The notes under the pieces: generated by a model
What the model was told of the DNA's origin: nothing
Database searches by the model: none
The model's input: only the letters and a program-made list of their open reading frames with translations
In this document: positions 52,041 to 63,694 of the stretch, in pieces
Numbering within the stretch: position 1 is the first letter of the stretch
Layout: the number at the start of each line of letters is the position of its first letter
Source of the DNA: Acidobacteriota bacterium
GTDB taxonomy: Bacteria; Acidobacteriota; Vicinamibacteria; Vicinamibacterales; SCN-69-37
DNA length: 64,000 bases
Direction of reading: 5' to 3'
Assembly: GCA_044507065.1 (NCBI GenBank)
Contig: JBIQJY010000006.1
Span: 723 to 64,722 of the forward strand
Program-made: the position numbers and the translations under genes

Positions 52041-53325
52041 CACGTGCCGGGGCGGAAGTCGATGCCAGGACCTGTCGGTAGACGCCTTCGATACGCGCGA
52101 CGACGTGGGTGGCGGCGAAGCGCTCGTGTACGTCGACACGCGCCGAGGCGCCAAGCGTGCGGCGCATGCCGGCATCATCGACCATCGTGCGGAGGTCGCG
52201 CGCGAACCCGTCGACGTCATCGGAGAGCAGGCCCGTCATCCGGTGACGGACGATGTCGGTGGTGCCCCCGGTGTTCATGGCAACGATGGGAGCGCCGAGT
52301 GCGGCAGCTTCGATCAGCACCCGACTGAGCGACTCCGGCCCATAGGAGGGAAACGCGAGCACCGCGGCGTGCTGCATCCACGCCCAGACCGACGTGCGGT
52401 CGAGCCATCCGGTCACCCGCACGTCGAGGCGCAGCTGACGTGCCTGCGCCTCGATGCTCCCGCGCAGCGGGCCGTCACCCACCATCACGAGCGGCCACGG
52501 AATGCGGGCGCGGGCAAGGGCCGGCAGCAGGTACTGGACGCCCTTGTTGGTCGCCAGCTTGCCCACATAGAGGAGATAGGGCCCGGCCTGCGGCGACGTC
52601 GAGTGCATGAACGCCTGGTCGAGCGCATCCATGTCAATGGGGTTCGGAATCGTGTGCAGCGACGCCGCCGGGAGTTCGGGTGCGCGCTCGAGCAGGTCGC
52701 GTGCGATGGCCGAGCTGACGGCGATGACGGCGCTCGCCTGGGCGAGCGTCTGACGCTTGGTCGACAGGTTCGCGCGCATGTAGGGAATCAGCGGCCAGGC
52801 TGCCAGATGCGCAGCGCCCGCGCGCGGGCGGATACAGCGCGTCATCATGCCGGCCGAACAACCGGGACAGAGTTTCGGCTGCGACGGGTCGTAGATCAAG
52901 TCCGACCAGTAGCAGACCGGCCAGTAGTCGCGCACGGTGGCGACGACAGGGGTGCCTGAGCGGCGCGCCGCGCGAATGGACGGCACCGTGGTCATGACGT
53001 GCTGCGCGTGGACGATGTCAACGGGCTGCGCGGACTGGCGGTCGGCGAGCCACCCGTCGAGCCGCGACCAGAGCCGTTCGTTCTTGATCACGTTGCGCAC
53101 GAACGGCACCCGCGGTGCGCGCAACTCGATGTTGGTGACGGGCACGCCGTCGTAGTCGGTCTCCGACACCGCGTGCCGTTCGGTCACGACCGTGCGGACG
53201 ACATCCACCTCGTGGCCGCGCGACAGCAGACCGCGCACGAGTTCCCACGTGCTCCAGCCGCTGCCGCCGCAATGGGGCGGAAACGAGTCGGTCACGACAC
53301 GGACGCGCAGGGGCCGGCCAGTCAT
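52033..53325 (-). CDS. Glycosyltransferase family 4 with a Cys-rich insertion
   Basis: VRVVTDSFPPHCGGSGWST at the N-terminus and FPSYGPESLSRVLIEAAALGAPIVAM at the C-terminus. The insertion is CYWSDLIYDPSQPKLCPGCSAGMMTRC. ATGA overlap with the upstream gene. Confidence 0.85.
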   Translation of the reverse strand: MTGRPLRVRVVTDSFPPHCGGSGWSTWELVRGLLSRGHEVDVVRTVVTERHAVSETDYDGVPVTNIELRAPRVPFVRNVIKNERLWSRLDGWLADRQSAQPVDIVHAQHVMTTVPSIRAARRSGTPVVATVRDYWPVCYWSDLIYDPSQPKLCPGCSAGMMTRCIRPRAGAAHLAAWPLIPYMRANLSTKRQTLAQASAVIAVSSAIARDLLERAPELPAASLHTIPNPIDMDALDQAFMHSTSPQAGPYLLYVGKLATNKGVQYLLPALARARIPWPLVMVGDGPLRGSIEAQARQLRLDVRVTGWLDRTSVWAWMQHAAVLAFPSYGPESLSRVLIEAAALGAPIVAMNTGGTTDIVRHRMTGLLSDDVDGFARDLRTMVDDAGMRRTLGASARVDVHERFAATHVVARIEGVYRQVLASTSAPARDA

Positions 53326-54470
53326 CGCCCGCGGGCCAGGGCGCGCAGCCGCCGATCGAGCATGGCGCAGTGGGCGCGCCAGCTGAAGTCCCTGACTACG
53401 CGCGCGCGCGCGGCGGCGGCCATCCGTTGCCGCACGTCGGCGTCGGCCAGGTAGACGAGTGCGCGATCGAGCGCGCGGGGATCCCGCGAGTCGTAGAGCA
53501 TGCCCTCGGTGCGATGCTCCACGAGTCGCTTGAGGCGCGGAAGGGCCGGCGCCACCACGGGGAGTCCCACGGCCATGTACTCGAAAATCTTGAGCGGCGA
53601 CCAGTAGAAACCGAGTCGAAGCGGTGCGTGCTTGATCGGATCGAACGGCGCGACGCCGATGTCGGCGGCTGCCAGTGCGGCCGGCAGGGCGCTGTGGGGC
53701 AGCGCGCCGGTAAATGTCACGCCCGGGAGGTCGCGTGCCGCACGCTCGGCAGCGCCGCGCTCCGGACCATCGCCGATGAAAACGGCACCAAACCGGTTGT
53801 CGCCGGCCTGGTGCAGGCGTGCGAGCGCCGCCGACAGGTGCACCGCGCCGTGCCACGAGCGAAAGGCCCCGGCAAACACGCAGATGATCCGGTCGTCGGT
53901 GCGCGTGAACGGCACGTGGCCCGCCGCGTCCGGCGAAAAGTGGTCGACGTCGGCGCCCCACTCGATCTCGAGGACACGACGGCGTTCCACCCACGGCGGG
54001 AGGATGTCGTGGGACGTCGTGACGAACAGGTCGACACGCCGGCAAATCCGATCGCGCCAGCGTCGCATGGGCTCGAAGAGCATGGCCTTGTCGATGCGCG
54101 ACTTGAGCGATCCGGGATAGTCGATGATTGGTGCGTTGACCTCGAGCACCGCAGGCAGGCCCAGCCGATCGGCGGCCATGACGCCCTCGCCGCCGAAGTT
54201 GTAGTACCGCTCCATCACCACGTCGGCGCCGACAGCGCGTGCCAGCCCGACGACCGCGTTCGTTCGTGCCCACCGCAGTTCCGATCGGCCGAGAGGCGGC
54301 CCCATGGCATGCCAGTGCACGGCGCCGGCCGGCCAATCGCCGCCCGGCTGCGTCGCGACGTGCACCTCGTGGCCGAGCGCGGCCAGGCCTTCGGCCACGG
54401 CCTGCACGTGGACCGATCCGCCGAGTGTCCCGGGCACGTGCTGATCGAGCGCGGCGTAGAGGATCCGCAC
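53322..54470 (-). CDS. Glycosyltransferase family 4
   Basis: MRILYAALDQHVPGTLGGSVHVQAVAEGLA and WSPLKIFEYMAVGLPVVAP. GTG start 1 nt after the methyltransferase stop. Confidence 0.85.
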   Translation of the reverse strand: MRILYAALDQHVPGTLGGSVHVQAVAEGLAALGHEVHVATQPGGDWPAGAVHWHAMGPPLGRSELRWARTNAVVGLARAVGADVVMERYYNFGGEGVMAADRLGLPAVLEVNAPIIDYPGSLKSRIDKAMLFEPMRRWRDRICRRVDLFVTTSHDILPPWVERRRVLEIEWGADVDHFSPDAAGHVPFTRTDDRIICVFAGAFRSWHGAVHLSAALARLHQAGDNRFGAVFIGDGPERGAAERAARDLPGVTFTGALPHSALPAALAAADIGVAPFDPIKHAPLRLGFYWSPLKIFEYMAVGLPVVAPALPRLKRLVEHRTEGMLYDSRDPRALDRALVYLADADVRQRMAAAARARVVRDFSWRAHCAMLDRRLRALARGR

Positions 54471-54471
54471 G

Positions 54472-55539
54472 TCAGCTCCGTACCTCGACGCCGGCCGGTG
54501 GCTTGCGCAGCAGCGCGAAGAATGGCCCGGTGCGAATCCGGCCGAACAGCCAGAGGTCCAGTTTCATCGCGCCGGTCGCCGCCCGCAGCGCCCAGTAGAC
54601 GGCACCACCGCGGCGGACCTGCGCCTGTGCGGCCTTCCGCGCCGCACGTACCGGCGCCGACGCGTCGGCATCCGCCGCCGTCGCGGGCAGCCGCTGCGCC
54701 TGTCGCCGTGCCAGCCACCGCTCGACCATGCGCGCGACGACGTTCTCCATGAACGCGCCGATGATGGGGGAGTAGTAAGTCACGCGTTCGACCCGGAAGC
54801 CGCAGTCGGCGGCGACCCGATGCAGGTGGTCGTGATCGGTCAGCGGGTTGAGATGATCGGACTTGCGCAGCCGCTCCTGCCGCAGGTCGACAAGACCGAT
54901 CCGTTCCAGGCCGTGGGCCAGCTGGTTGACCAGGCGAACCCCCCGCGCCGGCCAGCCGTTCTTCCGGACGTGCGTGTAGATGAACAGCGCGCCGCCAGGC
55001 GCGAGGACGCGGCTGGCCTCGGTCAGGACATCGTGCAGCGCCTGCGGTGACAGGTGCTCCATGACATCGAGCGACCAGGCCTTGTCGAACGCGTTGTCGA
55101 CGAGCGGCAGGCGACGGAGATCGCCGAGGATGAGGTCGGCGTGTTCAATCGCCTCGGCAGCGAAGAACGGACTGATGTCGACGCCGAGAATCGATGCGCC
55201 CGAGGAAGCGTTCCAGACGATCGCGCGACCGCTTCCGCATCCCAGGTCGACGATGCGATCGTCGGGGCCGGGTCGAAGGAAATGGCGCAGCATGTCGTTG
55301 CGAATCTTGGAGCCCAGTACCGGCGGCGCAATCGACTCGTGACGTGCGTCGGCGTGCAGGTCGTGGTCGAGGTATTTCGTCTGTTCGGTGAAATCGGCGG
55401 CCGGGCGCAGGTCGAGGTAGCCGCCCGACGCCGCGAACCGTCGATTGCAGCGCGTACACACCATCGCATGGTCCGCGCGGGCGAGGCCGCCCGAGCAGTC
55501 GGGGCACTGCACGAGTTGCGTCACGATGGACGAGATCAT
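54472..55539 (-). CDS. Class I SAM-dependent methyltransferase with an N-terminal zinc ribbon
   Basis: The ribbon is CPDCSGG...CTRCNRRF (Trm112-like). Motif I is IVDLGCGSGR. There is a C-terminal hydrophobic/amphipathic tail. ATGA overlap with the upstream GT4. Confidence 0.85.
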   Translation of the reverse strand: MISSIVTQLVQCPDCSGGLARADHAMVCTRCNRRFAASGGYLDLRPAADFTEQTKYLDHDLHADARHESIAPPVLGSKIRNDMLRHFLRPGPDDRIVDLGCGSGRAIVWNASSGASILGVDISPFFAAEAIEHADLILGDLRRLPLVDNAFDKAWSLDVMEHLSPQALHDVLTEASRVLAPGGALFIYTHVRKNGWPARGVRLVNQLAHGLERIGLVDLRQERLRKSDHLNPLTDHDHLHRVAADCGFRVERVTYYSPIIGAFMENVVARMVERWLARRQAQRLPATAADADASAPVRAARKAAQAQVRRGGAVYWALRAATGAMKLDLWLFGRIRTGPFFALLRKPPAGVEVRS

Positions 55540-56717
55540 GCCGCGGCGTCCTCGAGCGCGGCTTCGAGCCGTTCGGCGCGTACGGCCCACGTATAACGCG
55601 GGGCCAGCGTGGCCGCGCCGGCGGCCAGTCTTCCGGCCAGGGCGGGATCGGTCGCCAGGCGACCAATCGCGCCCGCCAGATCGGCTGGGTCGCCAGGCCG
55701 CACCAGCAGGGCCGACTGGTCGTCGGTCAGCACTTCGCGGATCGCCGGCAGGTCCGACGCAACAATGGGACGTCCCATCGCGAGGTATTCGAACAGCTTC
55801 AGCGGCGACGTGTACCGTTCGGAAATCGCCGACGCCGTATTGGGCAGCACCAGCATGGACGCGGCAGCGAGCCGCGGTGCGACCTCCGACGGCGGCAGGT
55901 GTCCCGTGAACGTGATGCGCGATGCGAGACCCAGCGAGCCGGCCAGCTGTTCCACCCTGGCGCGATCCGCCTCGGCCGGGTGCCCGCCCACGATGAGTCC
56001 CTGCACGTCGGGCACGGCCGCCAGTGCGCGAATCAGGACATCGACGCCCTTCCAGGGATAGAGGTGGCCGGCGTAGGCGACCACGACGGGACGCCTGGCG
56101 GGGTCGTAGGGCGGCAGTCCCAGCGCGTCGGCACCGGGCCCGCCGTCAGCGACAACATGCACATGCGCGCGCGCGCCGAAACGCGACTCGAGTTCAGCGG
56201 CGAGTGCGGCCGTGATCGTGACGTAGGCGGCAGCATGTCGCCATACGCGCGCCTCACGCCTCGACAGGCGGCGCAACTTGGCGGCCGACGGTGCGAGCTC
56301 GGGCCGTCCGAGCAGTCGTGGCATTTCGGCGCTCACGACATCGGCGACGCCGTGCGACTCGTAGACCACGCGGGCACGACGCGTCAGCGGCACCTGCAGA
56401 AGGAACGCCGCCAGTCCCAGATCGCGAGTGAGGATCACGCCAGGCCACCGCGAAGCGATGGCGCCGGCTTCCACGAGAAAGCGCATCCGTCGCAATCGTG
56501 CGTCGCGCGGCGCCGGGATGGTCCGGATCGTCAGGCGATCGGGCCGGGTTCCGCCATAGAACGCATGCGGATCACGCGGTACCGGCGCGGTATCCGGGCG
56601 CACGACGAGTGTGACGTCGTGCCCGCGCGCCGCCAGCGCGCGACACGTCGCCATCGTCTGGGCGCCGTTGGCGCGCTCTATGGGGAACCTTGTGTCGGCA
56701 AGATACAAAACGGTCAC
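55536..56717 (-). CDS. Glycosyltransferase family 4
   Basis: MTVLYLADTRFPIERANGAQTMATCRALA and TSPLKLFEYLAMGRPIVAS. GTG start. Confidence 0.85.
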   Translation of the reverse strand: MTVLYLADTRFPIERANGAQTMATCRALAARGHDVTLVVRPDTAPVPRDPHAFYGGTRPDRLTIRTIPAPRDARLRRMRFLVEAGAIASRWPGVILTRDLGLAAFLLQVPLTRRARVVYESHGVADVVSAEMPRLLGRPELAPSAAKLRRLSRREARVWRHAAAYVTITAALAAELESRFGARAHVHVVADGGPGADALGLPPYDPARRPVVVAYAGHLYPWKGVDVLIRALAAVPDVQGLIVGGHPAEADRARVEQLAGSLGLASRITFTGHLPPSEVAPRLAAASMLVLPNTASAISERYTSPLKLFEYLAMGRPIVASDLPAIREVLTDDQSALLVRPGDPADLAGAIGRLATDPALAGRLAAGAATLAPRYTWAVRAERLEAALEDAAA

Positions 56718-56769
56718 GATTCTGGAAACATTCCTAGTCTATCCCGCGGTCGACGCGTCGTCGGCCGCG

Positions 56770-58203
56770 CTATTCGCGGGGGCGGCCGTAGAAGGACTCG
56801 CGGTCCGTGAGGTAGCGCACGATGATTGACGGCGCCATGCGGGGCAGTTCGAGGAATGTGATGCGCGCATTGTCGGCCAGCGACAGGCGCTGGCGGTCCA
56901 TCAGGTGCAGGCCGAACTGTGCCATCAGCCCGAGATTCCACCAGATCGCCAGGACGGCCACGAGGGCGCACGACCAGCGGCGAACCGGGCCCGCGCCAGG
57001 GGGCGGCAGCAGCGCGGCGATGCCCACGACCAGGATTGGTGTCAGCGCGACGAACCGCCGCTGGCCGAAGGCGCCGGCCACGGTCCACGACTCGACGCTG
57101 CCCGACACGTAGACCTGCAGCCCCACCATCAGCAGCAGGAGCGCCGCAATCCAGCGCACGTCGGCAGCAGGAAGTGCATCGTCGCGAGAGGCGGCTGTGG
57201 CCACCGGACGTCGCACGCACAACACGATCAGGCCCACCAGCGCGAGGGCGGCGAGCGGCGTCCAGAAGAACAGGCCGTGTTGCGGCGAGAACAGCACCTC
57301 GAGGAAATGCGGCGACGACCACGTCATCTTCCTCGCGACGGTCGTCGTGGGACTGGGGTGGCCATTGAGCGCCTGGTAGGCGGCCAGTTGTGGGGCATAC
57401 CCCGCGAAGAAGGCCACCGTCCCCGCCATCGCGCGTCGCGCGACCCTCGGCCATGTCAGCGGGCCGGCTGCACCCGCCGCACCCGGTCGCAGGCGGAAAT
57501 AGGACCACCGCAGAAAATCCACGGCGGGTCCGGCGACGAAGAAGAGATCCTGCTCGCGCACCATCGCCATGAGCGCCCCGGCAAGGCCGAGGCCGACGGC
57601 GCCGGCCATCGACCAGCGTTCCCGCACACGCAGCCAGGTCCACAGGAACAGGGCGACGGCAAACGCCGAACAGGCGTGCGAGAACGCCGGCGCGACGTAC
57701 ATGTAGAAGAGCAGCGGCGTTGCCAGCCACACCACCACGGCAGCCGTGATGCCGCCGCCGCGAATGAGCCGCCCGACGATGGCGGCCGACAGGAGTAACG
57801 AGAGCAGCCCGTAAATGGCAGAGCCGTAGGTGACGGCCGCGATGTAGGGATGGCTGAGCCCGTCGGTGACGCTGCCCGACAGGCCAGCGGCCAGGTGGCC
57901 GGCCGCATAGAAGGGCAGCCACAGCACGGCCGAGCCGATGGGCGCGAAATTGGGGCGGCGTCCGGCTTCGTTCTGCGCGTCCAGGAACGTTTCGATGAAG
58001 CCGGGGTTTCGTCCGGGCCCGACGTCGTGAAAGTGCCGGTACTCGTTGTCGAAGTCCGCGTCACGGTCGAACGCCCACGAATGCAGCCAGGAGAAGAACT
58101 GGATCTCGTCCGACGCATTGATGCGCGTCGTCACCACCGGCAGCGACAGCAGGAATGCGGCGATGAGCCACCAGGCGGCATGGCGGGAACGGACGTGGAT
58201 CAT
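56770..58203 (-). CDS. Polytopic membrane protein, probable GT-C-fold glycosyltransferase
   Basis: 477 aa with more than 10 hydrophobic helices. The first loop has an acidic motif (INASDEIQFFSWL) as in GT-C enzymes. I do not recognise a precise family. Confidence 0.55.
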   Translation of the reverse strand: MIHVRSRHAAWWLIAAFLLSLPVVTTRINASDEIQFFSWLHSWAFDRDADFDNEYRHFHDVGPGRNPGFIETFLDAQNEAGRRPNFAPIGSAVLWLPFYAAGHLAAGLSGSVTDGLSHPYIAAVTYGSAIYGLLSLLLSAAIVGRLIRGGGITAAVVVWLATPLLFYMYVAPAFSHACSAFAVALFLWTWLRVRERWSMAGAVGLGLAGALMAMVREQDLFFVAGPAVDFLRWSYFRLRPGAAGAAGPLTWPRVARRAMAGTVAFFAGYAPQLAAYQALNGHPSPTTTVARKMTWSSPHFLEVLFSPQHGLFFWTPLAALALVGLIVLCVRRPVATAASRDDALPAADVRWIAALLLLMVGLQVYVSGSVESWTVAGAFGQRRFVALTPILVVGIAALLPPPGAGPVRRWSCALVAVLAIWWNLGLMAQFGLHLMDRQRLSLADNARITFLELPRMAPSIIVRYLTDRESFYGRPRE

Positions 58204-58207
58204 CGCG

Positions 58208-58978
58208 TCAGCCGCCCACGGTGCGGACGAGCAGGCCCTGCATCACCTGCATCGCGTTGAAACCCGCATGGTTGACGATTGGGAGGACCGCCGAGCGACG
58301 CCGGATATAGACGATGCCCCACATCAGGCCGAGCAGGCCCACGGCCACCGCAACGTCGAGGCCCTGCTGGGCGTGCAGGGCACCGAACGTGATCGTGAAC
58401 AGTACCAGCCCGAGCTTCACTCCACCCAGCCGCTGCTCGAATCGATGGAGGATGAACGCCCGCTGCAGTTCCTCGCGCACGCCGCCGGCGACGACGACCA
58501 CGACGAAGAAGATGCCGGCGCGCAACGGAGTGTCCATGAACGCGCCGAGCGGATTCTGCTCGACCGTGCGCATCCATGGGAGAACGGTGCGCAGCCCCAG
58601 GACGACGGCGGCGACGACGACGAGGACGGGAACGACCAGGGCCAGGCCGCGCAGGGCCTCGGGCCAGATCGGACGCTGGCCGAGGAACACGTCCCGCGGC
58701 CGTTCGCCGTTCGACCGCAGGAAGAGACGGATCAGCAGCGCGACCAGCGCGGTGTCGAGCAGGCTGAGCGTGGCAAAGAACGTCAGCGACAGACGGCCGT
58801 CTTCCTGGGGCGACATGCGCACGAAGACGAGCAGCAGACCGGCGATGACGGCCTGGGTGGGAATGCCGCAGACGAGAAGCGTTTCGAACAGGGCGAGCCA
58901 GCGCGGTTGCGGCGGTCGGATGACAGCGTCCAGCCCCGGCACGACAGCGGGCGACGCCGCAGCGTATCGGTCGTCCAC
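58208..58978 (-). CDS. CPBP-family (CAAX/Abi) intramembrane protease
   Basis: All three CPBP motifs are present: VREELQRAF (EExxxR), FGALHAQQ (FxxxH) and NHAGFNAM (HxxxN). Confidence 0.85.
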   Translation of the reverse strand: MDDRYAAASPAVVPGLDAVIRPPQPRWLALFETLLVCGIPTQAVIAGLLLVFVRMSPQEDGRLSLTFFATLSLLDTALVALLIRLFLRSNGERPRDVFLGQRPIWPEALRGLALVVPVLVVVAAVVLGLRTVLPWMRTVEQNPLGAFMDTPLRAGIFFVVVVVAGGVREELQRAFILHRFEQRLGGVKLGLVLFTITFGALHAQQGLDVAVAVGLLGLMWGIVYIRRRSAVLPIVNHAGFNAMQVMQGLLVRTVGG

Positions 58979-59029
58979 ACCGGTGACTGTATCAGGTGCG
59001 ATGGAGCCCTCGTGTGCGTGGAACGTGAC

Positions 59030-60577
59030 CTACCGACGGAGGCGCAGGATGGTGACCGTCGCCCCGGGATGGTCGGCTGTCGGCGTGAACGTCGCCGCCG
59101 GTTCGGTCATCGCCAGCATCGTCTGGTAGGCGGCGATCCGGGCGCGATTGCCGACCGGATCCGCATGGTAGGTGCTGGAGCGGTCGGACGTGAGGATGAG
59201 CCAGGTGACCTGGTCGGCGCGGTACTCGTCGACGGTCCGGCTGATGAGTTCGCCGGCGCGGACCAGGACGAGGGGCGGCGGCAGGTGGAACGTCGCCACG
59301 TTCTCGAAGGCGACGCGATCGCCCGGGCTGCCGTGTTCGACCAGCCACGCCCCGGCCTGTTCCAGCGTCGATGTGCGCCCGTGGGTGCGGAGCCAGGCGA
59401 GCGTCGCGAGCGTCGGTGCGCCGAGCAGCAGGACGAGCAGGAACGGCAGTGCAGCGCGCCGGGCGGCCGGCACCCACGTCCCGATGGCGCGCGCGGCCGC
59501 CACGATGCCGAGCCCCAGGCCGACGGCGAGCATGGGGCCAATCGGCAGCAGGTATCGCCCGTACTGCAGCGTCTGCGACGACATGAACCAGAAATACAGG
59601 ACCGGGAATACCACGAGCAGCGCCGCATGCAGGTAGCCCTTGAGGCCGGACGCGCGCGCGATCGCCACGGCCCACCCGCCCAGGGCGGCCGCCAGCGGGA
59701 TGTATCCGATCTGTGCGGGGAGTACGCCCGGCCACGCGAACCAGTTGCGCAGGTACGCGACGTAATTGGCCATCACCACGCGCATCGGGCGATCGCGGTT
59801 GTAGGCCTGCATCAGCGCGGCCAGGCGATTGAGGAACTCGGGCAGCGCCAGCACCGTGTACGGCGCCGTGAGCAGGAATCCGGCTCCGGCAGCGCCGACG
59901 GCAATACACGCGCCGGCCAGGCGTCTGCCGGCTGGCAGGCCGACGGCAGCAATGAGCGGCATGATCAGGGCGGCAGCGCCGTTGTACTTGATGGCGGCGG
60001 CAAGTCCCGCAGCGAGGCCCGCGAGCGCGACGGCGCCCAGGCGGCCCGATTCGGCCGCGCGCAGGGACAGCAGCAATGTGGCAGTGACGAGCAGCGTCAG
60101 CGGCGTGTCGGTCAGGATGAAGTGCGCTTCGCGCACGTGTGCCGGGAGCAGAGCCATCGCCAGAGCGGCCACCAGGGCTGTGGGCGTGCCCCAGCGCAGG
60201 CCGATGCGAAAGACGAGCACGATGGTGACGGCCGCGAAAATCGCCGTGGCGGTGCGACCGGGGACGAGCATGTCGCCCTCCCAGAACGCATCCAGGTTCG
60301 ACCAGCGCCCGTCGCGGGCCCCCGCGACGAACCCCAGGATGCCGATGGCCGCGTGCAGATAGAGCGTGAGGCCGCCGTAGTCGAAGAAATGGGGGTGGAA
60401 ATCGCCCGTCCGGATCATCCGCAGGGCCGTGCTGAGGATGGCCGGCTCGTCGACCCCCATTCGGAACGGCACGGCCGCGTCGTTGGCCCACAACCGGAGG
60501 ATCAGGCCCGCGAGGACGATGGCTGCCAGGGTCAGTCGGGCCGGCAGGGAGAGGGCTGTATCGAGGCCGGCGGACAC
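59030..60577 (-). CDS. ArnT/PMT-like GT-C glycosyltransferase (GT39/GT83-like)
   Basis: 515 aa. The first periplasmic loop carries the DE motif (FRMGVDEPAILSTALRM). About 11 TM helices are followed by a soluble C-terminal domain. GTG start. Confidence 0.78.
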   Translation of the reverse strand: MSAGLDTALSLPARLTLAAIVLAGLILRLWANDAAVPFRMGVDEPAILSTALRMIRTGDFHPHFFDYGGLTLYLHAAIGILGFVAGARDGRWSNLDAFWEGDMLVPGRTATAIFAAVTIVLVFRIGLRWGTPTALVAALAMALLPAHVREAHFILTDTPLTLLVTATLLLSLRAAESGRLGAVALAGLAAGLAAAIKYNGAAALIMPLIAAVGLPAGRRLAGACIAVGAAGAGFLLTAPYTVLALPEFLNRLAALMQAYNRDRPMRVVMANYVAYLRNWFAWPGVLPAQIGYIPLAAALGGWAVAIARASGLKGYLHAALLVVFPVLYFWFMSSQTLQYGRYLLPIGPMLAVGLGLGIVAAARAIGTWVPAARRAALPFLLVLLLGAPTLATLAWLRTHGRTSTLEQAGAWLVEHGSPGDRVAFENVATFHLPPPLVLVRAGELISRTVDEYRADQVTWLILTSDRSSTYHADPVGNRARIAAYQTMLAMTEPAATFTPTADHPGATVTILRLRR

Positions 60578-60711
60578 GGGCTGTGATTATATGCGGGACC
60601 CCTTCCGGGGCCCTTCCCAGCGGTGTGCAGACCTGCGAAAATAGGTCATGTGAAAGAACCGCCGGTCAGATGGGCATGGACCCATCATCTGGCGGCCCCG
60701 GTCGCTGCTCC

Positions 60712-60727
60712 CCACAAGATATCGTGG
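60712..60727. promoter_or_regulatory. Candidate NrdR box upstream of nrdJ
   Basis: CCACAAGATATCGTGG against the recalled NrdR consensus acaCwAtATaTwGtgt. It matches at 11 of 16 positions, including the CwA..ATAT..G core, and is a near palindrome. Confidence 0.45.
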
Positions 60728-60736
60728 CAAACGGTC

Positions 60737-60765
60737 TTGACAACCTGGCTACCGAGGCGCATAGT
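60737..60765 (+). promoter_or_regulatory. Candidate sigma70 promoter for nrdJ
   Basis: TTGACA (60737-60742), a 17-nt spacer, then CATAGT (60760-60765). This would give a ~100-nt leader. A GGAGG Shine-Dalgarno sits 7 nt before the ATG at 60873. Confidence 0.4.
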
Positions 60766-60872
60766 TCCGGCTTCCGGTTATAACGATTCGAACGCCGGGA
60801 AACGGACACAACTCAGCCATCCATGCAGGGCGCGCTGCGCCGTGTACGGATGACGAGCAGGGAGGCGCGACG

Positions 60873-63644
<2,772 letters not shown>

Positions 63645-63668
63645 CGGCGGGCGGCCTGTAGTCACGTC

Positions 63669-63694
63669 CCGGGCGGACGTCGGTGTCCGCCCGG
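63669..63694 (+). terminator. Stem-loop after nrdJ
   Basis: CCGGGCGGAC-gtcggt-GTCCGCCCGG, a perfect 10-bp stem 25 nt after the stop. The U-tract is weak. Confidence 0.55.

Noticed and set aside
58046-60586. Very long ORFs antisense to confidently assigned genes. Examples are 58046-60586 (+), 60813-63665 (-), 19582-22101 (-), 7420-8895 (-), 47172-49385 (-), 36647-38119 (-), 39302-41077 (-), 40753-42600 (-), 25256-26689 (+) and 28971-30263 (+).
   Set aside because: Their translations are Arg/Gly/Pro/Ala-rich low-complexity sequence with no motifs. They mirror genes with strong family signatures. Stop-poor antisense frames are expected at this GC content.
60760-60800. A tRNA-like TTCGAA T-loop motif (gattcgaacgcc).
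   Set aside because: No acceptor, D or anticodon stems can be drawn on either strand. It lies in the nrdJ 5' leader.
60772-60872. A cobalamin riboswitch in the nrdJ leader.
   Set aside because: The leader is only about 100 nt, and I see no B12-box-like sequence. B12 riboswitches usually repress B12-independent RNRs, not nrdJ.
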